Part shown: positions 49,823 to 58,224 of the stretch, piece by piece
How the letters are laid out: every line of letters begins with the position of its first letter
Position numbering within the stretch: the stretch's first letter is position 1
NCBI GenBank assembly: GCA_018829565.1
Contig: JAHJTW010000183.1
Coordinates: forward strand, 9,996 to 73,995
Origin: a bacterium
GTDB lineage: Bacteria > Krumholzibacteriota > Krumholzibacteriia > LZORAL124-64-63
DNA: 64,000 nt
Direction of reading: 5' to 3'
Notes under the pieces: generated by a model
Told to the model about the DNA's origin: nothing
What the model saw: only the letters and a program-made list of their open reading frames with translations
Database searches by the model: none
Position numbers and translations under genes: made by a program

Positions 49823-52117
49823 TTACACGACCTGCGGCGCCGGCCGCTGACGCGCCGGGCAGCCGGGGATGCGGCCCTTTTCCTGCTGGATGGCCCGCAG
49901 GAAAAGGTTCACGATATCGGGATCGTAGCGGCCGCCCAGGTTGTCCCTCAGGATCCTGGCCGCGTCCACCGCCGAAACCGGCTCCCGCTCGTCCGTCCCG
50001 ATCACCATGGCCACGTAGCTTTCGACCACCGTCACCACGCGCGCGGCCAGGGGGATCTCACGCCCCGCCAGCCCCATGGGGAATCCCTCGCCGCCGAACC
50101 GCTCGTGGTGGCAGCGGACCACGTCCACGATGGACTGGGGCAGGTTCAAGGTTTCCAGCAGGCGCGCGCCCTCCTCGGGGTGACGACGGTACAGGGACCA
50201 CTGGACCGGATCCATGCGCTCGGGGGATCCCATCAGCGCATCTTCCTTGTCGATCAGGCCGACGTCGCGCAGCAGGCAGCCGTAGATCAGTTCACGTTCC
50301 TGGTCGAGGGTGAAACCCATCGCCCGGGCGAGCCTGTTCACGTGGCTGACCATGGCGCGGGTCATGTCGTCGGTTCCGAACATCCGCTTTTCCCACTGGC
50401 CCATGAGGATGCGCACCAGCTCGAGATTCACGTCGGCGTTCTCGTGGCTGTCCTCGAACCGGGACAGCAGCCGGGACGTCTCGCTGAACAGTTCGTGGAT
50501 GAGATCCCCGAGCCCCAGGGGATCGATGTCCTCGCTCAGGCAAACCAGCGCGGTGCCCTGGTATTCCTCGTCCCAGCGCAGGCTGACCACCCAGTCGATC
50601 CCGGCCTTCTCCAGGTCGTCCCTGACGTCCTTGAAGAAGTTGGGGATGTTGTGGACGGCCACCGGCCGCTCGATGGTCCGGAAGTAGACCTTCAACCGCT
50701 TGTTGCCGAGATCAAGGGCCAGCAGGGGATCGTTCTGCGCGATGACCACCTGGGGCCGCTTGGAGTCGGGCGCCAGGTAGCCCATGCTGCGGATGGGAAG
50801 GACGGGCCACAGGTTCCGGCCGAAGATCCGCCAGAAGTGCATGCGGTCGTCGGCATCGGGAAGGTCCAGGGCCAGGCGCAGCAGGACCTCGGCGACCGAC
50901 TCGTCCCGGGACTCCGATTCCTGCCATGCGGGTGAGGGCTGGTCCTCGGGGGACCGCTCCGCTTCACCCGGTCCGGCATCCCTGTCCGACTTGCGCCCCG
51001 AACCGCCCAGGTCCTCGCCCGACAGGACCCTCATCAGCAATTCCAGGGCGAAGTGCTCCACGACCGAGTACTCATCGCCTCCGGCAGTCCGCTTGAGCAG
51101 CAGGATGGCGACCAGGCGTGATTCCACCTTGACCGGCAGCAGGACGTCCGGGTTGGTCTCCTCCAGGAGCAGCCGCTCGATGTCGGTCAGGTCATCGTCC
51201 TGGATGTCCATCAAGGTCAGCGGGTGGCCCCGCTCATCCAGCTGCCTGGCCAGGGCGCCGCCGGACTCGAACTTCCAGGCCCCGTCCTCGGAGGCGAACT
51301 GATCTTCCCTGGCCACCAGGAGCGTCACCTCCTCGGCCAGCCCGTGGCTGAACAGGAGGTTCTGGAGGGCCTGCCCGAACCTGCCGTCCTCGTCCGCATT
51401 GGCCCACCCGCCCAGGGTGGTGATCGCCTCGGACAGGGACGTGTAGCTGTGCTCGCGGCGGCGTCCCGAACCCGTCCTGGGGCCCTGTGCGGCCGGCGCC
51501 GCGGGCGCCGGGCCCTCCTCCTCCGTGCCCGCCTCGGCGGGACCGGAGAAGTCGGTGACCTCCTCTTCCTGATCGTCGACCTCGAACTCCTCGGCGAAGA
51601 AACCCATGGCGCCCAGATCCTCGAGCTCCTCGGCATCCGTCTCCGGCAGGTCCGCGGTGGGTTCGGTTCCATCCGGCCCGCACTCGGCGGGTTCCGATTC
51701 CTCCAGCGTGACCGGATCAGGCACCGCCTCGGCGAATTCCATCGTCTCGGGGTCGTCCCCCTGAGCGGGTCCGAAGAACACCGCTTCCGCCTCGTCGGCC
51801 GTCGCGAAACAGCGCAGTGGCAGGCCGGTGAACTTCCCCGCCAGGAACTTCCGGACGACCTCGTTGGGTCCGGCGAAGACCGCCTCGCCCCCCGCGTCGG
51901 CCAGTTGCCGCTGGAACCCGGCCAGGATGCCGGCGCCGCCCCCCCCGAGGGCTCCCACCTCCGACAGGTCCATCACGATGTGGACCTTCCCCTTGGCGAG
52001 ACACTTGCTGGCCAGGTCCTGCAGGTGGGCCTTGTCGCCCCGGCCCACCGTACCCAGCAGCTTGACCCCGAAGAGCTTCTTGTCCGACATGGTTACGGAT
52101 TGGAACTGGATCGCCAT
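49823..52117 (-). CDS. Multidomain signalling protein: N-terminal STAS (anti-sigma-antagonist-like), long acidic linker, GAF-like middle region, C-terminal HD-GYP-type phosphohydrolase (GFP variant)
   Basis: STAS-like N-terminus with no conserved Ser (DLSEVGALGGGG). HD-GYP-like motif HHERFGGEGFPMGL. D/E-rich linker of about 100 aa. RBS GAGG. Confidence 0.65.
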   Translation of the reverse strand: MAIQFQSVTMSDKKLFGVKLLGTVGRGDKAHLQDLASKCLAKGKVHIVMDLSEVGALGGGGAGILAGFQRQLADAGGEAVFAGPNEVVRKFLAGKFTGLPLRCFATADEAEAVFFGPAQGDDPETMEFAEAVPDPVTLEESEPAECGPDGTEPTADLPETDAEELEDLGAMGFFAEEFEVDDQEEEVTDFSGPAEAGTEEEGPAPAAPAAQGPRTGSGRRREHSYTSLSEAITTLGGWANADEDGRFGQALQNLLFSHGLAEEVTLLVAREDQFASEDGAWKFESGGALARQLDERGHPLTLMDIQDDDLTDIERLLLEETNPDVLLPVKVESRLVAILLLKRTAGGDEYSVVEHFALELLMRVLSGEDLGGSGRKSDRDAGPGEAERSPEDQPSPAWQESESRDESVAEVLLRLALDLPDADDRMHFWRIFGRNLWPVLPIRSMGYLAPDSKRPQVVIAQNDPLLALDLGNKRLKVYFRTIERPVAVHNIPNFFKDVRDDLEKAGIDWVVSLRWDEEYQGTALVCLSEDIDPLGLGDLIHELFSETSRLLSRFEDSHENADVNLELVRILMGQWEKRMFGTDDMTRAMVSHVNRLARAMGFTLDQERELIYGCLLRDVGLIDKEDALMGSPERMDPVQWSLYRRHPEEGARLLETLNLPQSIVDVVRCHHERFGGEGFPMGLAGREIPLAARVVTVVESYVAMVIGTDEREPVSAVDAARILRDNLGGRYDPDIVNLFLRAIQQEKGRIPGCPARQRPAPQVV

Positions 52118-52124
52118 GACAACC

Positions 52125-52343
52125 TCAGACCAGGGATTCGGCCAGCCAGTTGTCCAGCACCGAGCGGAGGAATCGCCACTCGCTGCCCACCTTCTTCGCC
52201 GGGATCTTGCCTTCCTTCGCCAGACGGCAAACCGTCTTGACGTGCATCTTCAGGTATTCCGCCGCTTCGACGGACGTCATCACCTGCACGACCGGATCAT
52301 CTCCCCCGATGTAAACCCTGGTGGGATCCTTGTAGTCAGGCAT
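52125..52343 (-). CDS. Excisionase-family (HTH_17) DNA-binding protein
   Basis: MTSVEAAEYLKMHVKTVCRLAKEGKIPAKKVGSEWRF matches the excisionase-family HTH pattern. 8 nt upstream of the STAS/HD-GYP gene. Confidence 0.7.
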   Translation of the reverse strand: MPDYKDPTRVYIGGDDPVVQVMTSVEAAEYLKMHVKTVCRLAKEGKIPAKKVGSEWRFLRSVLDNWLAESLV

Positions 52344-52603
52344 GGATGGGCTCCTCTCCAGATTCAATGAGGTGATGCGTGCCACATCACGATTAGGCAA
52401 ATCTAGCAACCCATGTGCCCGGATCCGGAATTCCGGGAGATCGGTAAAAATTGCCTTCTAAAGGGGATTTGGAAGGAATTGGGGGGTTGAGCGAGGAACG
52501 ATGGGAACCTCTGAGGATGTGCAGGATACATCAAGACCATCGGGAGCCGTGCAATCCGCAACAAGCCACGGCCGGGGACCGGGCTCACTCCCCGACCATC
52601 CCC

Positions 52604-53197
52604 CTAGCGTCCCTGATGATCCGGGCTGGCGGCGAATCGGCCCAGGAGGTCCGACCGGAACAAGCTGTCGCCGTAGGCCCGCAGCCGTTGCCATTCGCGC
52701 GCCAGGGAATCCTCGGTGGCATCCGGCAGCTCGCCGTCCCCCCACGCGGCCACCCAGCGGTCCATCGCCCGCTTGATCTCGACCATGGCTTCCCCGGGGG
52801 TTCCAGCCGCCAGCAGCCAGTGGCCCAGTTCCTCCCACCGGGGATCGGCTGAGACGCTCCCGAGGTCTTCCCCCCGGTCCAATGCGGCCAGGAGACTCTC
52901 GAGGAAACCGGCGAGGGCGGTCCAGACCGGGACCAGGTGCCCCGGGTTGCGTTCGGGCACGTCGGTCAACGTCCCCCGGATGCGGGCGAAGGCGGTCACG
53001 ACTTCGGGCAGCCCGGTCGGGTCCGCGTCCCCGAACTCGCGGGCGAGCAGGTTCAAGGAAAGTTCGATGCGGGAAAAATCGGCCGGGACGCCGGCGCGAT
53101 TGCGGGGATCGAGGGGGGCCTGGTGGAGCCGGTCATCCAGTTCCACCAGGCGGTCGGCGAACACCCGGGGAAAGGTCCTGGCCTGGCCGTGATCCAC
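52604..53197 (-). CDS. Hypothetical protein (no recognisable motif)
   Basis: ORF with strong RBS AAGGAGGAG and a GTG start. Codon bias is consistent with coding. Confidence 0.5.
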   Translation of the reverse strand: MDHGQARTFPRVFADRLVELDDRLHQAPLDPRNRAGVPADFSRIELSLNLLAREFGDADPTGLPEVVTAFARIRGTLTDVPERNPGHLVPVWTALAGFLESLLAALDRGEDLGSVSADPRWEELGHWLLAAGTPGEAMVEIKRAMDRWVAAWGDGELPDATEDSLAREWQRLRAYGDSLFRSDLLGRFAASPDHQGR

Positions 53198-53236
53198 GGT
53201 GCTCCTCCTTGCGGCCCGGAGGACACCGGACCCGGC

Positions 53237-55150
53237 TCAATCCAGGCGCTTGGCCCCGAACTCCGACAGGTCGTGGACCCGCTCCCCGGAGGCGGCCGTG
53301 GCGCCGGAGCCCGGGCTGAGCAGGACGGCGCCGAACTCGTCGAGGTCGTAGATCCTTTCGCCGGAAGGCTGATCCGCTCCGGCATCCGGATTCCTCGCCC
53401 CGAATTCGTCCAGATCGTACACCTTCTCCGGCCCGGTGGAAAGACCGCGATCGAAGGCCGGCGGGGACGACCTGGTGAACTCGCCTTCGTCGCCGGGATT
53501 CACACCCGAGGAGATGTCCAGGGGGTCGAGGGAATCGACCTGCATGGTCACTTCCCCCTGCCTGGACATGAACGGGTCGATCACGGGAACGTCGCCTCCG
53601 GGATCGGACTCCAGGAAGGGATCGAAGTGCTCGAGGGCCAGATCGCCCGCCGCTTCACGGTGGTCCGAGGCCAGGTCGAACTCGATTCCCGCCAGGTCGG
53701 CGATGTCGCGCCCGAGGTCGTCGAGGCGCACCTGCTGGCCGTCGAATCCGGCCGCGATGCGTCCCAGGTTGACCGCAACCTTCAGGACCGACGGGGCAAG
53801 GATGTCCAGCGATTCCCCGCCGGGCGTCCCCTGCTTGCCGGTCATGCCTTTCAGGAATTCTTCGAGGGCCCCGAGGTCCTCGACGAACGATGGCGAAACC
53901 GCCCCGCCCCCTCCACCAGCCGCCAGGACCGACCGGAACTCCCCGGCCATGTCCTCGAGGGCCTGGGCCATGGGCTGCAGGCGCTCGGCGCGGGGGCCCA
54001 GACGGGCCGCTTCCATCGCCACCTGGAAGGAAAGCTTGGTGAACCGTTCGATGAGGTCGTCCGCCGGCCGCGAGGTCGCGCCGCCCGCCCCGGAAGCCGG
54101 ACCGTTACGGCGCAATTTTCCCACCAGACTCATGGCCTCGGGCAAGCCCGGCACCTCGCGGGCGGAACGGGACAGCCGGTCCTTGAAGGCCTCCAGGTGC
54201 GTGGCCGTCTTGCGCAGGGCGTCTTCCTGCAGGTTCAACTGGTCGAGGGTTCCGGTCTGCCACCCGCGGGCGTCCTGCAGGAGGTCCATGGCCCGATGGC
54301 CCCTGCTCCCGACCTTGGCCTGGAGGGCTTCGAGGTCCTCCTGGGCCGAGGCTTGCTGGTCGTACAGCTGGATGATGCCGTCGGCGAGCATGCCCACGAC
54401 CGGGGTCTCGAACTTGGCGTCCAGATCGGTCCGGTTGCTGCTGGACAGGGCCTTTTCCAGACGGTGGAGTTCGCCCTCGATTCCGAGCATCCGCTTCAGG
54501 CGGGCTTCATGATGGCGCCAGACGCCCAGGTTCTCACCGGTGAAGTTCGCCAGATCCGTATCGGCCTTGAAGGCGGGGTCCTGCCAGCCCTCGGTGCGGT
54601 CCAGCCTCAGGGCCGCCACTTTCCGGAGCAGGCTGCGGGCGGCGTGGCCGCGGGCCAGGTCGCGGCCCACCACCGAGGCGGTGCGGGCCCCGACCAGCAT
54701 CAGCAGGAGCAGGGATCCGACGCCGACCAGCGTGATGAGGTTGCCGGGATGATCCTGGAAGTCGAACCAGGTTTCCCAGGGACCGATTTCCAGGGGATTC
54801 CAGCTGAAGCCGGGATTCATCCCGTAGGCGAAATGGAAGGCGGCGCCGACACCCACGGCGATGACCAGGCCGGGCACCGCGACCATCAGGCCCCAGGCCC
54901 AGCCGCGGGGGGCCGGTGCATCCTGGACCTTCTGCGGCGGGGGCGAATGCGGCAAGACCTGCCTTTGTACCTCGGCAGCGGTCGCCGTCGGCCGCGATTC
55001 GGCCTCCTCGCAGGCCTCGTCGGTGTATCCCTCGAACGCCGTGAAGTCGGCGAATCCCTCGGGAGGTTCGGCGTCCAGGGCGCCCGATTCGGGAACCGGT
55101 CCTGCCAACTCCCTGCCGGCCTTCTTGTCCTTGCGCTTCTTGTCGCTCAT
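53237..55150 (-). CDS. Two-TM membrane protein with a coiled-coil region and degenerate MCP-signalling-domain-like segment; C-terminus carries 3 tandem YDLDEFGA motifs
   Basis: TM helices (WAWGLMVAVPGLVIAVGVGAAF and LITLVGVGSLLLLMLVGA). Segment LSFQVAMEAARLG resembles the MCP core LALNAAIEAARAG. C-terminal repeats E[KR][VI][YH]DL[DS]EFGA three times. ATG preceded by GAAAGGAACAGGA. Confidence 0.55.
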   Translation of the reverse strand: MSDKKRKDKKAGRELAGPVPESGALDAEPPEGFADFTAFEGYTDEACEEAESRPTATAAEVQRQVLPHSPPPQKVQDAPAPRGWAWGLMVAVPGLVIAVGVGAAFHFAYGMNPGFSWNPLEIGPWETWFDFQDHPGNLITLVGVGSLLLLMLVGARTASVVGRDLARGHAARSLLRKVAALRLDRTEGWQDPAFKADTDLANFTGENLGVWRHHEARLKRMLGIEGELHRLEKALSSSNRTDLDAKFETPVVGMLADGIIQLYDQQASAQEDLEALQAKVGSRGHRAMDLLQDARGWQTGTLDQLNLQEDALRKTATHLEAFKDRLSRSAREVPGLPEAMSLVGKLRRNGPASGAGGATSRPADDLIERFTKLSFQVAMEAARLGPRAERLQPMAQALEDMAGEFRSVLAAGGGGGAVSPSFVEDLGALEEFLKGMTGKQGTPGGESLDILAPSVLKVAVNLGRIAAGFDGQQVRLDDLGRDIADLAGIEFDLASDHREAAGDLALEHFDPFLESDPGGDVPVIDPFMSRQGEVTMQVDSLDPLDISSGVNPGDEGEFTRSSPPAFDRGLSTGPEKVYDLDEFGARNPDAGADQPSGERIYDLDEFGAVLLSPGSGATAASGERVHDLSEFGAKRLD

Positions 55151-55501
55151 TCCTGTTCCTTTCACCTGCAGAGGGTGGGTCGCGGCACCAAGCCGCGGCC
55201 AGGAAACTCCCATGCCTGGTTGACCATACCCGGTCGGGCCCGGGCCTCGCGCAGACCGGACTGGGCCCATTGCTTTTCGGCAGGATTCGCCCGGACCAAA
55301 GGGAAATTCCGCAGTGAGCGAGAGGAGGTGCTGGATCCAGGTGGTGGGATTCCGACCAGATCAGGCCGGGATGGGACCGCCTGACGATTCTTCAATACGC
55401 CATCATGTTCATTGACAACATGTTGCATGGATGCCGGCAAGGCGCCCCGGGCATGGGGAATGCAAGCTGGGCGGGAACCCCAGCAGGAAAGGCCCCCTCC
55501 C

Positions 55502-56299
55502 ATGTCCCGAACCATGACCCTTCCGAACCCTGCGGTCCCCGGATTCCGTGGTCTGTTCCCGGACTGGCGGGACCGCCGTCCCCTCGACTTCTTCTTCCTG
55601 GAGGAACTCCTGGAAGCCAGGGCGAAGTCCCGATTCCCGACGAATTCCGCCGGCGGGGACGAGGACGTGAACGTCTTCCTCGCCCACCTGCTGACCCGCC
55701 TCGCGATGGCCGATCGACCCGGCGAGGCCGTCTTCGGCTCCGGCCCCATGATCCGGCCCCCCGAACCCGGCACGTCGATCCGCCGGCAGGCGGCCTGGTA
55801 CCGCCGCCAGGGCGAACACCGGCTGCTCTACCTGGGCCTTTTCGACCGCGGCGAGGCGAGACGGCGGCGGGCCACCCTGTACGGGATGAGCCCGGGTGAA
55901 ACCCGCCGCCGGGACGCGGCCTGTGCCACGGCATGCCTGGAGGTGGCCGCGAACCTGTACGCCAGGATCCCCGGCGCCGGGGGCCAGGCGCAGGTCCTGG
56001 CGAAGCTCGCCGCCGGCTTCGAATCCTACGTCCACGTCCTGGGCGTGCTGGCCACGCGCCGCTGGGGCCTCGGCGCCCGCATCAGCGACCGGGCCCTCAG
56101 GGATCTGCTGGAGGAATCGTCCGAATCGCCGGAAAGGCAACCCGACGTGCCCGGACCCCGGCCCGGACCGTCGTCGGCCGACTACGATGCGTTCCTGGAT
56201 CTGTGGTCATGCTACCGGGAATCCGGCGAGCCGGCGGACCGCGCTGCGCTGGCTGCCAGGGCCGCCGAGCTGGGCATCCGGACCCCCGGCCTGGAATGA
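55502..56299 (+). CDS. Hypothetical protein
   Basis: ORF with RBS GAAAGG. Divergent from the MCP-like gene. No recognisable motif. Confidence 0.45.
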   Translation: MSRTMTLPNPAVPGFRGLFPDWRDRRPLDFFFLEELLEARAKSRFPTNSAGGDEDVNVFLAHLLTRLAMADRPGEAVFGSGPMIRPPEPGTSIRRQAAWYRRQGEHRLLYLGLFDRGEARRRRATLYGMSPGETRRRDAACATACLEVAANLYARIPGAGGQAQVLAKLAAGFESYVHVLGVLATRRWGLGARISDRALRDLLEESSESPERQPDVPGPRPGPSSADYDAFLDLWSCYRESGEPADRAALAARAAELGIRTPGLE

Positions 56300-56308
56300 G
56301 GGGACGGG

Positions 56309-57460
56309 TCAATCCCCGTCGGCGATGAACTTGACGATTTCCCGGTAGAGCACGGCCTCACCGTGGGCGGCGAGCACCGCGTGACCTCCCTCGGGAAAGA
56401 CCTGGAACCGCGAGGCGGGGTGCCTCGCCTTGCGCTGAAGGAAGCGCAGGGACTCGGGCGAAGCCCGGTCGTCGTCGTCGCACTGGGCGGCATAGATGGG
56501 TGCGGGGATCTGGCCGACCCTGCCCCGGGCCCGGTCCATGCCTTCCATCAGGCCCGCGTTCCAGCCCAGCCGGCGATTCATGAAGCGGAAACGGTGGAGC
56601 TTCAGGCGGACCAGCAGGCGCTGGAAGAGGGACTCGAAGGGCATGATGGCCGGAGCCAGCAGGACCAGGGAGGCGACTTTCTCCTGGCGAGCCAGGAGAA
56701 GGGCCAGGGTGGCTCCGAAGCCCAGGCCGACCACGTGGATCAGGCCGCCGCCGCGGGCGAGCCGGCCGTGGTACTGGAGGACCTGGTTGAGGGCCGCTTC
56801 CCACGACACCTCGCTGATGGTGTGCCCGGGACGGCCGTAATCCGGCAGGCGCATGCCGTGGACGTTGAATCCCGCATCGAACAGACGCTGCCCCAGTTCC
56901 CTCAGATCCCCAGGGCCGGTGGACACGCCGTGGATCAGCAGGACGCTGCCCTTGGCGTCTTCCTTGATCCGCAGGAAACTCTGGTCGTCCGGGGGGATGC
57001 GGCGTTCCTTCTCGAAGGAACCCACCAGCCGGACCTGGTTGCGCATGGTGATCATGTGCCCGCGCGGGGAGTCCTGGCCCTGGGGCCGGGAACGGGCCAG
57101 ATCCCAGGCGGACAGGGACAGGGCCATCGTCTGGCGCTGGAGGACGGGATCGCGCTTGGGCAGGGCGTCCTGGGCCGGGGCGACAGCGGCCTGCGCCGGC
57201 GGGGGTCCGGCAGGAGCCTCGGTCCCGGGCCGACCCGGACCGTTGCGGTCGCCGGCTGGACGAGGATCACGGGAATCGCGGGGATCGCGCCCCCGGTCGC
57301 CGCGCCGGAACGGAGGCCTGGAGGGCCCCCGGCCCGTGGGGCCGCCCCTGCGCGGGCCGCTGGGCCGGCCGCCTGAGCGGTTGCGATCGCCGTTGTCCTG
57401 GGGTCCGCTCGTCACTCGGGTTCCTTTTCCGGTAGGGGAAGGTCCGCCAGCCTGCTGCAT
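56309..57460 (-). CDS. Alpha/beta-hydrolase (esterase/lysophospholipase-like), possibly with a roughly 130-aa Arg/Gly/Pro-rich disordered N-terminal extension
   Basis: Hydrolase core HGVSTG…VGLGFG (GxGxG nucleophile-elbow variant). Alternative internal start at 57055 (MITMRNQ). The upstream RG-rich region keeps high GC3. Confidence 0.55.
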   Translation of the reverse strand: MQQAGGPSPTGKGTRVTSGPQDNGDRNRSGGRPSGPRRGGPTGRGPSRPPFRRGDRGRDPRDSRDPRPAGDRNGPGRPGTEAPAGPPPAQAAVAPAQDALPKRDPVLQRQTMALSLSAWDLARSRPQGQDSPRGHMITMRNQVRLVGSFEKERRIPPDDQSFLRIKEDAKGSVLLIHGVSTGPGDLRELGQRLFDAGFNVHGMRLPDYGRPGHTISEVSWEAALNQVLQYHGRLARGGGLIHVVGLGFGATLALLLARQEKVASLVLLAPAIMPFESLFQRLLVRLKLHRFRFMNRRLGWNAGLMEGMDRARGRVGQIPAPIYAAQCDDDDRASPESLRFLQRKARHPASRFQVFPEGGHAVLAAHGEAVLYREIVKFIADGD

Positions 57461-58224
57461 ATGATCCCGGGCCAGTCCTCCTGGTCCATGCGGCCCAGGA
57501 TCTCGTGGTCCCCGTACTTCCCGGACAGGACGAAGGCCGTCTGCATGCCCAGGCGTCCGGCGGTGACCAGATCGGCCACCGGATCATCCGAGATAAATAG
57601 AGTATCCGCCGCTGCAACGCCAATTCTTTTCATTGCTGCCCGGTAAATCCGGGGATCGGGCTTGCCGACGGTGACCACCTTGCCCCGCCCTCCGAGGGCC
57701 TCCAGGGCGGCCGACCAGCAACCCGGCCCCAGGCGTCGCCGATCATCGGCGTCCAGATAGAAAAGGTTCCGGTGGAGGCAGATCAGGTCCGCGCCGTGAT
57801 CCAGCAGGGAAGGCAGGACGGCATCCAGGCGCGCGACGTCCAGGCCCGGATCCAGGCCCATCACCACGGCCCCGCAGGGACCTCCCCCCACCACCTCGAT
57901 GCCGGCCTCTTCCCAGTAGCCCCGCATCCCGGGCGCCCCGAGCCAGACGATCCTGCCGATCCCCCGTTCCATCAGGAGGGTCAGGGCCAGCTCGACCGCC
58001 CCCAACAGATGGCCGCGGGTCAGGGAGAACCCCGCCCGGTTGAGCCGGTCGATCAGGGTCCCCGGCCGGTCGGTGGTGTTGTTGGAGACCAGGCAGAACG
58101 GGGCCCCGGCAGCGGCCAGACGCTCCATCCACTCCACCGATCCGGCCACCGGTTCGTAGGCCTTGTTCCGGACCAGGACCCCTTCGATGTCGATGAGGTA
58201 TCCGCGCGGGGCGGGGCGGTTCAC
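57412..58224 (-). CDS. HAD-IIA family hydrolase (NagD-like sugar-phosphate phosphatase)
   Basis: N-terminal DIEGVL (DxD-type) motif and C-terminal GKPDP…ISDD motifs. Confidence 0.8.
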   Translation of the reverse strand: MNRPAPRGYLIDIEGVLVRNKAYEPVAGSVEWMERLAAAGAPFCLVSNNTTDRPGTLIDRLNRAGFSLTRGHLLGAVELALTLLMERGIGRIVWLGAPGMRGYWEEAGIEVVGGGPCGAVVMGLDPGLDVARLDAVLPSLLDHGADLICLHRNLFYLDADDRRRLGPGCWSAALEALGGRGKVVTVGKPDPRIYRAAMKRIGVAAADTLFISDDPVADLVTAGRLGMQTAFVLSGKYGDHEILGRMDQEDWPGIICSRLADLPLPEKEPE

